Origin: an uncultured Methanosarcinaceae archaeon
GTDB taxonomy: Archaea > Halobacteriota > Methanosarcinia > Methanosarcinales > Methanosarcinaceae
Assembly (NCBI GenBank): GCA_963727895.1
Contig: CAVSHT010000003.1
Coordinates: 224,001-288,000, forward strand
DNA: 64,000 nt
Direction: 5' to 3'
The notes below the pieces were generated by a model, which ran no database searches, was not told the DNA's origin, and worked only from the letters and a program-made list of their open reading frames with translations. Both the position numbers and the translations under genes were made by a program. Positions 1 through 11,355 of this stretch are shown here, one piece after another (position 1 is the first letter of the stretch; every line of letters begins with the position of its first letter).

Positions 1-159
1 AATTTAATATTACCCAAGTTAAGTTTACTTTATTTTCTCTTTTTTTCGGTCTTCATCATTAAATTTCAATTGGGATTCTATTAAAAATCAGTTGAGTATC
101 TATTTAGATATAAATTAATAGTCTCTGATAGTTTTTTGTTTTCAGGTTCAAATTCATAC

Positions 160-1239
160 TATAGTCACCTCTGTATTTACTGCAACATTATTATACTTGA
201 AATTAGTATATAATATTATATATGAGTTTGGAAATGTTTACAACTTTTGATATTTCTACAGCTATCATAAATTCCTGTAACAAAAACGAGCAGATTAAAC
301 TTCAAGCCTTATTATTGGTCAAAAATGGTTTGAGTCCCGCTAAAGTTGCCGACGATTTTTCAGTTCACCGTTCAACTGTTCATCGCTGGATAAAACGAGC
401 TGAAACCGACGGTTTGTTTAGCCTTAAATGTAAACCTGGTCGAGGAATCAAGTCTTTTTTAACTGCAGAACAATTATCTGAGTTAAGAGAGGCATTTTTA
501 GAACCTATACCAACAGATGATGGTTATTCTCGTGGTTGGCAAACAAAAGATGCAGTTCAATTTGTCAAGGAAAAATTTGGAGTATCTTATTCCAAATCAA
601 GAATGAGACAAATTTTAAAAAATTTAGGGTTGAGAAAAATCACATGTCGACCTCAATCTAAAAGAAGAAATGAAGTGCTTAAAAAATAATTTATAAAAGA
701 AGTCCAAAAAACAGATCACTAAACCCTAATCATTTATTCGTTACCCATGATGAAAGTAATTTTTGTGTGGATTCAAATAGATCAAGATGTTGGGCAATAA
801 AGGGCTCAAAACCTATTAAATTTACAAGTGGTTCAAAAGCAAAAATCAATATTGGAGGATTGTACACTGAAAATGGAGAGTTTTATTGGTATGATTTAGG
901 AATTACACAGAATACAGACTCTTACTTAAAATCATTAATCAAGTTTCAAAGAGATATAGGGGCAATGATATTTCTTTTACTGGACAGAGCTACATGGCAT
1001 AGATCAGCAAAGGCAAAGGAATTTTATCAAAATAATAAGCATTGGTTGAAAATAATATTTTTCCCTCCAGCTACTCCAGATAGGAACCCAACAGAATACT
1101 GTTAGAAAGTGACAAGAGAAAACTTAACGTCAATAAAATCATTTAAAAATATTGAAGCATTAAAGGAAGAAATGAATGAATTTTGGGAGAAACATACATT
1201 TAAACATAAAATGTCGCATTATTTAAAGTGGTGACTATA
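160..1239 (+). mobile_element. IS630/Tc1-family insertion sequence (inactive)
   Basis: Terminal inverted repeats TATAGTCACC at 160-169 and GGTGACTATA at 1230-1239, including the flanking TA target duplication; encloses a broken HTH + DDE transposase. Confidence 0.9.
222..1234 (+). pseudogene. IS630-family transposase, disrupted
   Basis: HTH part 222-689 ends at a premature TAA; A6 slip site near 706-711 shifts -1 into the DDE frame (HDES ... LLDRATWH ... PDRNPTEYC); in-frame TAG at 1103-1105; frame continues to TGA 1232-1234 inside the right TIR. Confidence 0.85.
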
Positions 1240-1339
1240 TAATATGTGTAATCATGTATCTAATTAATAAAAAAAAGATGAAAGCCGGATTATTACACAT
1301 AATCGGGCTTTCCAGTTTCTGCCAGAGCAGTTTGTTGAT

Positions 1340-2782
1340 TTAATAAGTTCTTGCCACATAAACACGGGTCTCGGTTTCTTCCCCGCATATTGGGCATTTT
1401 TCTTTTTTGTCTCTTTTTTGCTCAAGAGGAATTCCAAGGATTCCTGCACCTATTACATCTTCCATAGCAAGTCCGCATTCTTTCTTCCCACACCAGGGAA
1501 TTGTTGCAACACCTTTCTGGATTTTTTCCTTTACCTCTTCAAGTTCATTACATTCAAATATGTGATTTTCAAGTTCTTTTTGCGCTTTTTGATACAAACT
1601 ATCATGTATCAACCCAAACTCTGAACTCACACAAGCTTCGATATCAGGAAGCGGTATCTGTTGTTTCTCTCCAGTATCTCTCCTGACGGCTACAGCAACG
1701 TTATTCTGAAGGTCTCTTGGCCCTATCTCTAGTCTGAGAGGTACGCCTTTCAGTTCCCATTTGTAATACTTTGCTCCGGGGCGAAGGTCACTTGCGTCTA
1801 TTTCGACTCTGATGCCAGTTTTATTAAGTCGTTCTTTAACCTCTTTGCAGGCTGCAAGCACTTCTTCTGCTCCTTTCTTGAAGATAATCGGAATAATTAC
1901 AACCTGTACAGGTGCTATTTCTGGGGGCAAAACCAGTCCTTTGTCATCTCCGTGAATGGAAATTGTAGCTGCAATTGACCTCTCTGAAATCCCATAACAG
2001 GTCTGATAGGCATAACGCTGTTCTCCATCAGGGGTTTCATATTTAATATCAAAAGTTTTTGCAAAATTATTCCCTAAGTGGTGGACTGTACCTATCTGAA
2101 GAGTCTTTCCATCAGGCATAATTGCATCAAGAGCATCGGTATAGTCTGCACCTGGAAATTTATCCCATTCAGGTCTTCTTGAACGAAGCACAGGAACTCC
2201 AAGTCTGCGGTATATTTCAGTGTAGAGCCCAATAGCTTCTCTAACCTGAGCTTCTGCATCTTCCCAGGTAGCATGAACTGTATGAGCTTCTTTAAAGGAG
2301 GTAATTTCTCTAAGCCTTATCAAAGGACGTGTATGTTTTGTCTCATAACGGAAAGTGTTAACTATCTGATATATTTTTATAGGGAAGTCCGCATGTGATC
2401 TGACCCACATTTTGTACATAGGATAAATGGCAGTTTCACTTGTAGGGCGAAGGGCCAGGGGGATATCAAGGGGGTCTTTTCCTCCATGGGTTACCCAGTA
2501 CACTTCATCCTCAAAGCCTTTGATATGCTCAGCTTCTTTCATGAACTCGTTTTCGGGGATCAGAAGAGGGAAGAGAGCTTCCTGGTGTCCACTGTTGTCA
2601 AGCATTTCTCTTATGATACTATACGTGTTTCTCCGAATCGCAAACCCGAAAGGATACCAGACATATAACCCTTTTACAGGATAGCGGACGTCCATTATTT
2701 CGGCCATCCACAGGAGTTCATTATACCATTCGCTAAATTCCTTTTTTGGGGGAAGTGCTGCTTCTTTTTCGCTTTCTGCCAT
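1340..2782 (-). CDS. proS: Proline--tRNA ligase (archaeal/eukaryal type)
   Basis: [24 protein letters not shown] motif 2, QTCYGISER motif 3, C-terminal Zn-binding tail ending ARTY. Confidence 0.97.
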   Translation of the reverse strand: MAESEKEAALPPKKEFSEWYNELLWMAEIMDVRYPVKGLYVWYPFGFAIRRNTYSIIREMLDNSGHQEALFPLLIPENEFMKEAEHIKGFEDEVYWVTHGGKDPLDIPLALRPTSETAIYPMYKMWVRSHADFPIKIYQIVNTFRYETKHTRPLIRLREITSFKEAHTVHATWEDAEAQVREAIGLYTEIYRRLGVPVLRSRRPEWDKFPGADYTDALDAIMPDGKTLQIGTVHHLGNNFAKTFDIKYETPDGEQRYAYQTCYGISERSIAATISIHGDDKGLVLPPEIAPVQVVIIPIIFKKGAEEVLAACKEVKERLNKTGIRVEIDASDLRPGAKYYKWELKGVPLRLEIGPRDLQNNVAVAVRRDTGEKQQIPLPDIEACVSSEFGLIHDSLYQKAQKELENHIFECNELEEVKEKIQKGVATIPWCGKKECGLAMEDVIGAGILGIPLEQKRDKKEKCPICGEETETRVYVARTY

Positions 2783-3069
2783 ACCTTCACCGTATTATCA
2801 CAATATGAATTATTACTTAAATTCTAAATAAATTCATAAACTCTTATATTGATCTACATTTTTTAGTTGATATTATTTTAAGCGACACGAGTAAATTTCA
2901 TCTTAATCCTTTAATGTCAATAAAAATTTCCTACATGAATCTATAATGTGTCATCTAATGCTAAATTGCTGCATAAACTACAGTATGCCTGCCTTTATGG
3001 AATAAAAATTAATAACTATATTGGGAATGCCCCCGGAATTTGTCAGTTTGTAAAAACTGGAAAAAAGAA

Positions 3070-3714
3070 TTAATTTCCTCCTAGGGGCTGAATATTATCT
3101 GAAACATCATGAAGGAGTTCGGATTTATCAACATCGAAAACGATCATACCTGTATTTAGCTTCTCGGCTTCTTCTTTGGAGAGTTTAGTAGCTTTCACTT
3201 TCTTTGAGATTATCGCACTGTTTCCAAGAGGATCTTCGACTATGACTGTGATTTTTTTCTTACCTTGAATCACTTCTTCAAGCATACACAAGAGCTCCTC
3301 GCTGCGTGAGGATTTCTCTTTGTCTCCCTGTGCCCACCTGCTAGTGGTTATCAGGACATCCCGGACCCTTTGCAGTACACCTTCAATATTCGTTACGTAT
3401 GACTCCGATACCGATCCAGGTTCAATAGTAACTCCCATTTCCGGGATACGAATTGTTCCTGAAGTTGAACGAATCACTCTTGCATCCAGATCTTCAATCG
3501 TTTCAACTGGCAGCTCATAGCGCATGGGCTCCTTACTCGAGAGAATCATGGTGTCTGCAAAACGGAAACTGCACTGGCATCTTGCACTGACGTACAGGAT
3601 TTCCCCAAAATAGGGAATATTATCTCTCTGCCAGTTCATCACCAGATCTTTCTGGCACAGAGGACAGCAGATTTTTGTTTCAAATCTGTCCTGTTTATAA
3701 TAATCTGAATTCAA
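3070..3714 (-). CDS. ZPR1 zinc-finger domain protein
   Basis: CPLC ... IPYFGE ... CQC, IRIPE, TNIEGVL and EDPLGNS motifs typical of ZPR1. Confidence 0.92.
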   Translation of the reverse strand: MNSDYYKQDRFETKICCPLCQKDLVMNWQRDNIPYFGEILYVSARCQCSFRFADTMILSSKEPMRYELPVETIEDLDARVIRSTSGTIRIPEMGVTIEPGSVSESYVTNIEGVLQRVRDVLITTSRWAQGDKEKSSRSEELLCMLEEVIQGKKKITVIVEDPLGNSAIISKKVKATKLSKEEAEKLNTGMIVFDVDKSELLHDVSDNIQPLGGN

Positions 3715-4094
3715 TATTTTCCACCAGTAATTTTGGATCTATCGATCTTAATGCCTGTAGGAGTTACAATTACAGTATTTCCTTTAACACCTGCAATATC
3801 ACCATGGACATCGATAACAACATCTTTTAGTTCTTTTAATACTCTGTCTCTTAACAGATCGTCGCCCCTGATATTTGAAATATCTATCATCAGGACATTT
3901 CCATTATAAATTTCCTGCTTGAGTTGGGATACCTGGTTGATATTAGAGACTTCTGCGATCTTTACATAAGTTTCTGCAGGTTCGTCCTCGAGAACTTCCT
4001 CGTATTTACTCAAGTCAATTTCAGTGTAATCCTCGGGACTGGTTGAACTTTTTACTACATTGCTGCCAAGGAGCTTGTCTATCAGTTTTGCCAT
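3711..4094 (-). CDS. sepF: Cell division protein SepF
   Basis: N-terminal amphipathic helix, then GDIAG ... VIVTPTGIKIDR C-terminus; PUA-sepF-ZPR1 order typical of Euryarchaeota. Confidence 0.88.
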   Translation of the reverse strand: MAKLIDKLLGSNVVKSSTSPEDYTEIDLSKYEEVLEDEPAETYVKIAEVSNINQVSQLKQEIYNGNVLMIDISNIRGDDLLRDRVLKELKDVVIDVHGDIAGVKGNTVIVTPTGIKIDRSKITGGKY

Positions 4095-4270
4095 TTATGC
4101 GCACCTTTTGTATTTTTCAAAATTCGAATAGCACTGTCCTATATTGAAATCTATATTAATTAATTTTGCTATTCTAAAGCTGATCCTGATTTTCTTTCTG
4201 CTTCAGAAATTTTTCGTTCCCTACTCACAGTTTTCGTTTAATAAAAATATACTTTGTTTCATTGTAGATT

Positions 4271-4756
4271 TCAAAATTCTGCGTTCCAGAGTTTGTCTCC
4301 TACATGGATTATTGACTTTATGGCTTTACCTGAAGTAGCTTCGACCATTTCTGATCCTTCCATTAGTGCCTTTCCTATTGCAAGAGGTTTGCGGTGAGCC
4401 TCTTCCACTATAATTACGAGATCTCCTTCTTTGATATCTGGATCAGCAGCTATGACTCCAGGAGCCATTATATCTGCTCCGTTTGAAACAAAACGGATAG
4501 CTCCTTTATCCACGGTTACAATACGTTTTTGAAGTTCCATCTCAAGAGCTCCGCGGACGGTAGGAAAAAGATGTCCTTCGATTTCAAAAAGTAAAGGCTT
4601 GCCATCCACAAGGATAATGAAAAATTCGTCAAGAGTAATTTTTTCCAGGGCTTTGTTTTCCAGCTCTGACATTTCTTCTCCGAAAGTGGATACAAGGTCT
4701 TTCAACATTTTGTTCTTGACATTCTTTCTCAGTTGAACTCTTGATTTTACTTTCAA
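4271..4756 (-). CDS. PUA-domain RNA-binding protein (MCT-1/Tma20-like)
   Basis: FPTVRG, VDKGAIRFVSNGADIMAPG, KPLAIG and HVGDKLW motifs. Confidence 0.92.
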   Translation of the reverse strand: MKVKSRVQLRKNVKNKMLKDLVSTFGEEMSELENKALEKITLDEFFIILVDGKPLLFEIEGHLFPTVRGALEMELQKRIVTVDKGAIRFVSNGADIMAPGVIAADPDIKEGDLVIIVEEAHRKPLAIGKALMEGSEMVEATSGKAIKSIIHVGDKLWNAEF

Positions 4757-4903
4757 TTAATCACCGGATTTTAAATGTTATATAGCATAGGGTTTTTGTG
4801 CTTTTTAAAGCTTATGTGAAGCTCTGCTGTTTCTTGAAATAGATTTCTGTTATGTCTAAATTTTTACTCCGAACATTGATATGAAATTTTCTCTAGAATA
4901 CTT

Positions 4904-6064
4904 TTACTCAAATTTTACAAATAGTACTGTGAGCAGTGTAACTGCACTTCCTATAAATACGGTTTCATAACCTAAAGGTTCAAGAAAGAAACTTCCAAGA
5001 ACCGGGCCCAATCCGAGTCCTGCATAAATTCCAGTATTAAAAAGACCCATTACAAAACCGCTGGAACTAATTTTAGAAACAGTCGTTATAAGCCCTACGA
5101 CTGCAGTTCCTCCTCCTGCACCTATCAGAAAGAAAGCCAGTAAGGGTATCTTTACCGATAAAAATATGCCTCCTGCTGTAAGAATTATCCCTATCCTTAC
5201 TATTTTTTTAGAATCGAGACTTATTTTACCTGCAATCAGAGAACTCAACATTGCGGCCAGATAAGAAGCGGAAATTGCCAGACCAAGTTCTGGTTTTGTC
5301 AGAAAACTAATACTGTAATCTGCATAATTCGCGTTTATTATACCTGTAGTTCCATAAAGAAGTATTGCAATTCCCCAAATTTTTCCAAAATTGGTTTTAA
5401 ACAGGGTTTTTTTGGTTTTTTGCAGGTAATTTTTTAGTTCGGGTATAATATAAATTTCTTGCTTTGTTCTTTTCTGGTTTTCATTTTTTTGGAGCATTAA
5501 ATCTTTCTTCTTCTCTTTTTTGTTCAAATAAAACAATTCTCCAATTCCTGAGAGAATGAGTATACAGGAAAATCCTGCTAGAAAAGTGAAGCTGATTATT
5601 GCGGTTTTAATTCCAAAGCTTGCAAGTATTCCTGAGAAAAATACGCCTGCAGCCAGTCCGGCGTTTAGCAGAAAGTTAAATTCTCCAAGGCTCTTTTGGC
5701 TGTCTTCCCATTCCGCAAGTATGGAAAAAGCTGCAGGAAAAAAAGCTCCACATCCTATTCCTTCTATGAACCTGAATATTCCAAGACTCCAGAGGCTATT
5801 CGAAAATGAAATTACAAGGCCTGATAAGGCAGTCAGTAGCATTCCAAACTTTATCACCTTTTGGTTTCCTATCCTGTCTGCTAAGATCCCTAAAGGAACA
5901 AGAGCAAGAAAAGCTCCCATAAAGTATCCAGAATACAGAAGGTTTGAAGTTACAAAACTTCCGCTGTCTCTTCCAGCAAGTTCTGGAAGAACAGGGATTA
6001 CTGCATTTGATAGACCCTGAAGTGCAAAAACTGATGAATAAAGTTTTAGTTTTTTAAGGTTCAT
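4904..6064 (-). CDS. MFS transporter
   Basis: About 12 hydrophobic segments, motif A GILADRIG, FRFIEGIG. Confidence 0.85.
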   Translation of the reverse strand: MNLKKLKLYSSVFALQGLSNAVIPVLPELAGRDSGSFVTSNLLYSGYFMGAFLALVPLGILADRIGNQKVIKFGMLLTALSGLVISFSNSLWSLGIFRFIEGIGCGAFFPAAFSILAEWEDSQKSLGEFNFLLNAGLAAGVFFSGILASFGIKTAIISFTFLAGFSCILILSGIGELFYLNKKEKKKDLMLQKNENQKRTKQEIYIIPELKNYLQKTKKTLFKTNFGKIWGIAILLYGTTGIINANYADYSISFLTKPELGLAISASYLAAMLSSLIAGKISLDSKKIVRIGIILTAGGIFLSVKIPLLAFFLIGAGGGTAVVGLITTVSKISSSGFVMGLFNTGIYAGLGLGPVLGSFFLEPLGYETVFIGSAVTLLTVLFVKFE

Positions 6065-6540
6065 AGGCTTTTCAATTTTGTGTACAGCCCTATAATAACT
6101 TTTTATTCGATGCTTGTTTTCCTAATTTCAATACTTATTATGTTCTGGAATTTATTTCCCTTCTAAATTACTCCTATTCTAAATCTCCTTTTATAAATGT
6201 TATTTTCATTCTAATAATCGCTTTAAATATCGAAAAGCTCTATGGAATAAATGTCTAACGTAATTTCTTCCGCGATAATATCGCAGAATCTTACTGGTAT
6301 AATCCCGGTGAGCCAGTTTTCTATATCTAAGAGCATATAATCAAAAAGAAGTCTATAAATATAAAGAGTAATTGAGTCTTTAAAGAAGTGTCTGCTGATA
6401 GTTAGATGGATCAGAGGAAATAGATTGAAAAGAGTAAGCTTGCTACTACTAATTCATTGCTCCCACAATATGTATCTCTTTTTATAATAGGCTGAATAAA
6501 ATGCATAGCTATTTATATAATTAGTTTGAATAGGGGTTAT

Positions 6541-6660
6541 GTGAGTAATGTGAGCGGGAAACTTTTTTCACATACCATACCCCCCACTCCCCATATGACC
6601 CCCCCCACTCCCCAACCCGCTCATATTACTTCTACTTATTAATAATTAATTTTTTATTTT
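6541..6660 (+). ncRNA. Candidate small non-coding RNA
   Basis: TATA TTTATATA at 6512-6519; 15-bp closing stem 6544-6558/6616-6630; duplicated CCCCCCACTCCCCA in the loop; oligo-T run at about 6650-6662; no ORF. Confidence 0.55.
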
Positions 6661-7065
6661 TCTAACCTTTTAGAGCATTTTCTTTAAATTTCCTGATTTA
6701 TAGTCCTTAATTTCTCAGTTATATTCCTTATTTTCAGTTACATTTCTTTGACTTCTCAGTTTTTTTGTCTTGCTGGAGTGGATAAGATTAAGAGAACCTT
6801 ATTTTTTCAGAAATTCGCTTTACTCTAACTCGTTTTTGCAGAAATACGGTTCTTACATATGGGGAAGTTTCTCACACATGGATAAATAACTTAATTATGC
6901 CTTTGCCAGCTATCTGGATTAAGTAACCAGACTGAGTAATGAGAAAAATAGAAGGAATCGAAGAGCTAAATTGGTAAAAATTAATTTTGATGTATTTCTG
7001 ATCAAAATAGGTCCTGAGTAACTAAAGTTTACAAATATCAGTAAAATTTACAAATATCAGAGAAT

Positions 7066-7524
7066 TCAGTTAACTCCTCTTACTTGCAATAACTGAAATT
7101 CTATTTCGTCTGGAACTGTTGCCAGAAATATAAATGTATTATACCCGATTTTTTGAACTTCTTTGATCGCATTTGCCTGAGCTTCGTTCAAATCTCTCGA
7201 ATCGCTTACAACACAGAAAGATTTTCTATTTCCTGTGTTGACAAGGAAATTAAAGACACTTCCATGAGTATTCAGGAATGCAACCAAATTTTTAAGTTCA
7301 TCCCAGGTATTGCACATGTGGATGTTCTTTGATCCCATGTTTTCTACATACCAGTCCTTACTCACATAAGAATAGGATGCATACTGTTCATTTAGTTCAT
7401 CGTAAGCTTTGAGGATTTTGTTAATATCCTTTCCAAGATTTACCCATTTCCAGCCTTGTGTTGTAAAATAACGGGCTGCCACGATCTCAAAAATCGCCTG
7501 TTTATCTTCGTTTTCGAGTCTCAT
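7066..7524 (-). CDS. Hypothetical protein
   Basis: 152-aa ORF with plausible composition, co-oriented downstream of the DHPS-like gene. Confidence 0.7.
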   Translation of the reverse strand: MRLENEDKQAIFEIVAARYFTTQGWKWVNLGKDINKILKAYDELNEQYASYSYVSKDWYVENMGSKNIHMCNTWDELKNLVAFLNTHGSVFNFLVNTGNRKSFCVVSDSRDLNEAQANAIKEVQKIGYNTFIFLATVPDEIEFQLLQVRGVN

Positions 7525-7579
7525 TCTTCACATCTCTCTTATTTTGTCTGCGTATTTTGCGCTCAAAAACATCATCTGT

Positions 7580-9061
7580 TCAGAAAACATCGTCCTGTGC
7601 ATAACTTCTGTTAAATTTCAGTGCAATTTCGGCTTTTTCCAGCTCCCTTCCCAAATATGAAGCATGATCAAGTCGGGTGACCAGTTCCAGTTCGAGCAAT
7701 GTGTCCATTACTTCCCTGGCTTTTCTTCCTACAACTGAAGTTTTCTCGTGTTTGGCTACAATCAGTCCACCACTGCCACTTATTCTGTCAGGTACTATAC
7801 TGATCCGGATTGGGCCTGCAGGATCTACATGCCAACTTTTAGATGGTCTTGCTTGGATCGCATTTTGCGGTAGTGGATAGTCAGGTCGTCTGCGTTTTTC
7901 TTTAATGTAAAGAAGATCAAGTCCTAAGTCTTTTGGTGAACTTTCTCTTATACTGGCAAGCATCATCATCTCAGAAGCTCTTTTTAATTCCTCAATAGAA
8001 CCCTGCGCTTTGTCGCTAAATTCTGGAGTGAAAAGAATGCTTGCTCCAACCTCTGCTCCTATTCCACAGAGTGTTGCATTGACTCCTATAGTATCCACGT
8101 CCATAAGCTCAGTGACATTGCCAACTCCGAAGAATACAGGTATTTCAGGGTACATCCTGTAAAACTCATGATAACGTACAATAGATTCAGTTATATTGTG
8201 ACCCATGGGATCAAGAACAGGATCTGCTATAATTTTCTCGATTCCAAGCTTGCGTGCAACTTTGATATTGTTGACAAGACTCTCCAGACTCCTTTCCTCA
8301 TCCGGGATGATAACGGCTGTAATTCCAGTTCTAACAATAATTGGGCCTACAATCTCAATATTTGTGCTGTTAAGGCTCAGGACAAGGTCTGCTCCTGCTT
8401 TAACTCCTTCTTTTATCAATTCAGGGTCAAGAGTATCTATACTAATCGGGACTTCTGTATAAGCCTTTGCAATAGATACGGCTTTTTTAGCTTGTTCTGG
8501 TCGAGTATTCAGGGTAGCCCCAAGATCGATTATATCTGCTCCTCTGTCGATAAAAGCTTCGATTTTTGTCTGGAGTGATAGAGCATCCATTTCCATAGCC
8601 CCTACAATCTCTCCCATAACTTTCATGCGAGCCTTTCCTCCTATTTTTATCTCTCTGATCATAAGGAGTGAAAATGCTTCTTCTTCTGTTTTCCTTATTA
8701 GTTCGAAAGCCATCTCTTTTCGAACATCAGAAAGTAGTTCGCAGGCTGGTATATTTTCGGAGAATTCTATTTTTCCGGCATATGGGAGTACAAAGCCAAG
8801 GTCATAGGCATGTTTTGGCCCAAGGCGGATTTTACATCCCAGTTCTTCAGAAGCTTTTGAAAAATCTCCTGCTACAAGCCCAGGAAGGAGGATAAGATCA
8901 TAGGTTTTCGAAAGTCCAGCTTCCTTAAATGTTTTAATCAACTTTTTAGGGGTTATAAAGGCAGCAATATCTATATCAGCTACTAATATATCGGTTTTTT
9001 CTCCGATTGCTTTCCTGACGGTATTTTCTGCAAGCCGTCCTGTTGCAATCAATATTTTCAT
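7580..9061 (-). CDS. Dihydropteroate synthase-related protein (pterin-binding barrel + C-terminal DUF4346-like domain)
   Basis: GADIIDLG, PISIDT, IIADPVLDP, NVTELMDVD; C-terminal HASYLGRELEKAE. Confidence 0.85.
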   Translation of the reverse strand: MKILIATGRLAENTVRKAIGEKTDILVADIDIAAFITPKKLIKTFKEAGLSKTYDLILLPGLVAGDFSKASEELGCKIRLGPKHAYDLGFVLPYAGKIEFSENIPACELLSDVRKEMAFELIRKTEEEAFSLLMIREIKIGGKARMKVMGEIVGAMEMDALSLQTKIEAFIDRGADIIDLGATLNTRPEQAKKAVSIAKAYTEVPISIDTLDPELIKEGVKAGADLVLSLNSTNIEIVGPIIVRTGITAVIIPDEERSLESLVNNIKVARKLGIEKIIADPVLDPMGHNITESIVRYHEFYRMYPEIPVFFGVGNVTELMDVDTIGVNATLCGIGAEVGASILFTPEFSDKAQGSIEELKRASEMMMLASIRESSPKDLGLDLLYIKEKRRRPDYPLPQNAIQARPSKSWHVDPAGPIRISIVPDRISGSGGLIVAKHEKTSVVGRKAREVMDTLLELELVTRLDHASYLGRELEKAEIALKFNRSYAQDDVF

Positions 9062-9130
9062 GTTTTTTAGATAGAAGCACTAATAAAAAAGAGTATCTGT
9101 TTGAAACACACTGGCCACATTATTGATAAA

Positions 9131-9170
9131 TTAAAGGCCCGATCTTTCAACTTTGAAAATCGGGCTTTAA
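9131..9170 (-). terminator. Stem-loop immediately downstream of ftsZ
   Basis: TTAAAGGCCCGAT ... ATCGGGCTTTAA imperfect inverted repeat with inner TTTCAA/TTGAAA pairing, 11 bp after the stop codon. Confidence 0.5.
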
Positions 9171-9181
9171 GTGAATTTGAT

Positions 9182-10360
9182 TTAATTTATAAAATCAATG
9201 ATTGAGTCATCATTTTTCTTTTTAAAAGATCCTGCATTATTTCTTAATCGTTCTGTTGTCATTTTTCCGAATCTTCTTTCCTTCATAAGATCAGCTTCAG
9301 ATTTTGGTTCAATAATTCCAGCTTCTGCCTGAGGGCCCAGGATCTGAGCAGATTGAACGCCTGTCATGATAGCCATTACCCTTACCTTACCTTCATAGTC
9401 TTCCCTGATCCTTGCACCCCATATGACATTTGCGCTTGGGGAGAGTTCGTAGGTAAGCATTGATGCGATTTCTTCAGCTTCCTTGAGGCTCAGATCAGGC
9501 CCACCGGTTACATGGACAAGGCTTCCGGTTGCACCTTTGTAGTCAACATCAAGCAGAGGATGGTTTAAGGCAGTCCGCACTACTTCAGTGCTCTTATCCT
9601 GATTTTTTGACTCCCCTACAAGCATAACTGCAACTCCGCCACAGCTCATGATAGTCCTTATATCAGCGTAGTCAAGGTTTATCAGTGAAGGCACTGTGAT
9701 CGTTTCTGTAATACCTTTTACAGTCTCGGCAATCAACTGGTCCATTACGGAGAAAGCCTGATCTATGGGAAGATTTGGTACGTAATTAAGCAGCCTGTTG
9801 TTGTCCAGAACAATTACTGTATCGGCTGCCCTGCGCAGGTCTTCAAGGCCTTCTTCTGCTTTGAAAATTCGAGCCCTTTCAACTCTAAAGGGACTGGAAA
9901 CCATTCCTACAACGATTGCTCCCTGCTCTTTTGCTACTTCAGCAACTACAGGTGCAACCCCTGTCCCTGTACCTCCGCCTAATCCTGCAGTGATAAAAAC
10001 AAGGTCAACATCTTTTAATACTTCTTCGAGCGTTCCTCTTGCGAGTTCTGCAGCTTTCTTTCCTGTTTCGGGGTAACCGCCTGCTCCAAGTCCTCTTGTG
10101 AGAGTCTTTCCCACTAAGATTTTCTTGTCAGCTCTTACATTGTCAAGATGCTGCTTATCAGTATTTATACAGACTGTTTCTGCACCTTCTATTCCTATAT
10201 TATAGAGGCGGTTTACAGTGTTGTTTCCAGCGCCTCCGCATCCAACAATCATGATACGTGGTTGACCAAATTCTTCAAAGTCTTCATCAGAGGAGGAAGT
10301 TTTTCGATATTCCTTCTCTTTTTCGCTATATTTCATTGCTTCCTGTACAAATGATTGCAA
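9182..10360 (-). CDS. ftsZ: Cell division protein FtsZ (FtsZ2-like)
   Basis: [21 protein letters not shown], tubulin signature [18 protein letters not shown]7 loop. Confidence 0.97.
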   Translation of the reverse strand: MQSFVQEAMKYSEKEKEYRKTSSSDEDFEEFGQPRIMIVGCGGAGNNTVNRLYNIGIEGAETVCINTDKQHLDNVRADKKILVGKTLTRGLGAGGYPETGKKAAELARGTLEEVLKDVDLVFITAGLGGGTGTGVAPVVAEVAKEQGAIVVGMVSSPFRVERARIFKAEEGLEDLRRAADTVIVLDNNRLLNYVPNLPIDQAFSVMDQLIAETVKGITETITVPSLINLDYADIRTIMSCGGVAVMLVGESKNQDKSTEVVRTALNHPLLDVDYKGATGSLVHVTGGPDLSLKEAEEIASMLTYELSPSANVIWGARIREDYEGKVRVMAIMTGVQSAQILGPQAEAGIIEPKSEADLMKERRFGKMTTERLRNNAGSFKKKNDDSIIDFIN

Positions 10361-11355
10361 TTTTATCCCCTCGACTGGATTTATGTCTAATCGTTATGTT
10401 TGACTCCCCACCCTTTATCGGGGGTCACATACCTTTCAATAAACTGAGTGGAGTTATGAGATGATCTTTAAAACCCACTAAAGATTTTCATCCGTTATCT
10501 TTAATAAGTTGGCACTCTTCCAAACTTAAATATTTCGGACTTATTTAAACAGTATACTTAAATTGTTTATCAAGTTTAAATATGTCACCCATAAATCTCA
10601 TATATTCACTCTTTTACTTTCTTTGACATTTCATTCTCAAAGATGAAGGGTGAGGAACTTCCACAATCTTTATATATCTAAACGTAATTTTTTATCAAAT
10701 GTTTTCTTTTCTCACAGTAAAGTTCTCCTAATTATCCAAGTCAAGGCAATTTTCTTATCTCGTTGTTTTATAATAACATACTTGACTTCAGGAGTTCGCA
10801 TTACTATCACATCATTCGTTTTTCACAAAACACTTAATTTGATCCTTTGAATTTAATTATACTGTTTGTATTATTGCTTTTAAGTAGAATTCTCCTCTTA
10901 AAAACTGTTTCGGTATTACTTTATAATTTCAAGTCTCTTGTCTTATTTTTTAATTAATTTTTTTCTAAATCAATACATCTATTTTATATTTATAATTTCC
11001 ATACGATGGATTTACAGTTCATCTATTACCCTTTATTTGTTCTGATATTTCTTTTATTTTTTAGTATTCTTGTTTTGAAAAGCACATTTGGTAGGTACAC
11101 TTGTAACAACGTGACAAAACTAAAAAATGCTAATTAATATCATTATTTTATACTAATAAACAGAGTAAAGTATCTTTTAGTTCTGATGGAGCATGTTGAA
11201 GTTATTTTATTTAATTTTTCAGGAAAACTTTAAGGCTTCAGAATGTTTTTACCTTAATCCCGAGGAACTTAACTGTATTTTCAGGAATTATGGTTATCTT
11301 AATTCCTGGAATCTTAATTCCAATTATTTAAACATTCAACTTTGGAGTCATTATT

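Noticed and set aside
10361..11355. cdrS-type RHH gene upstream of ftsZ2
   Set aside because: In the part read by eye I found only very short or unconvincing minus-strand ORFs, none with an RHH pattern
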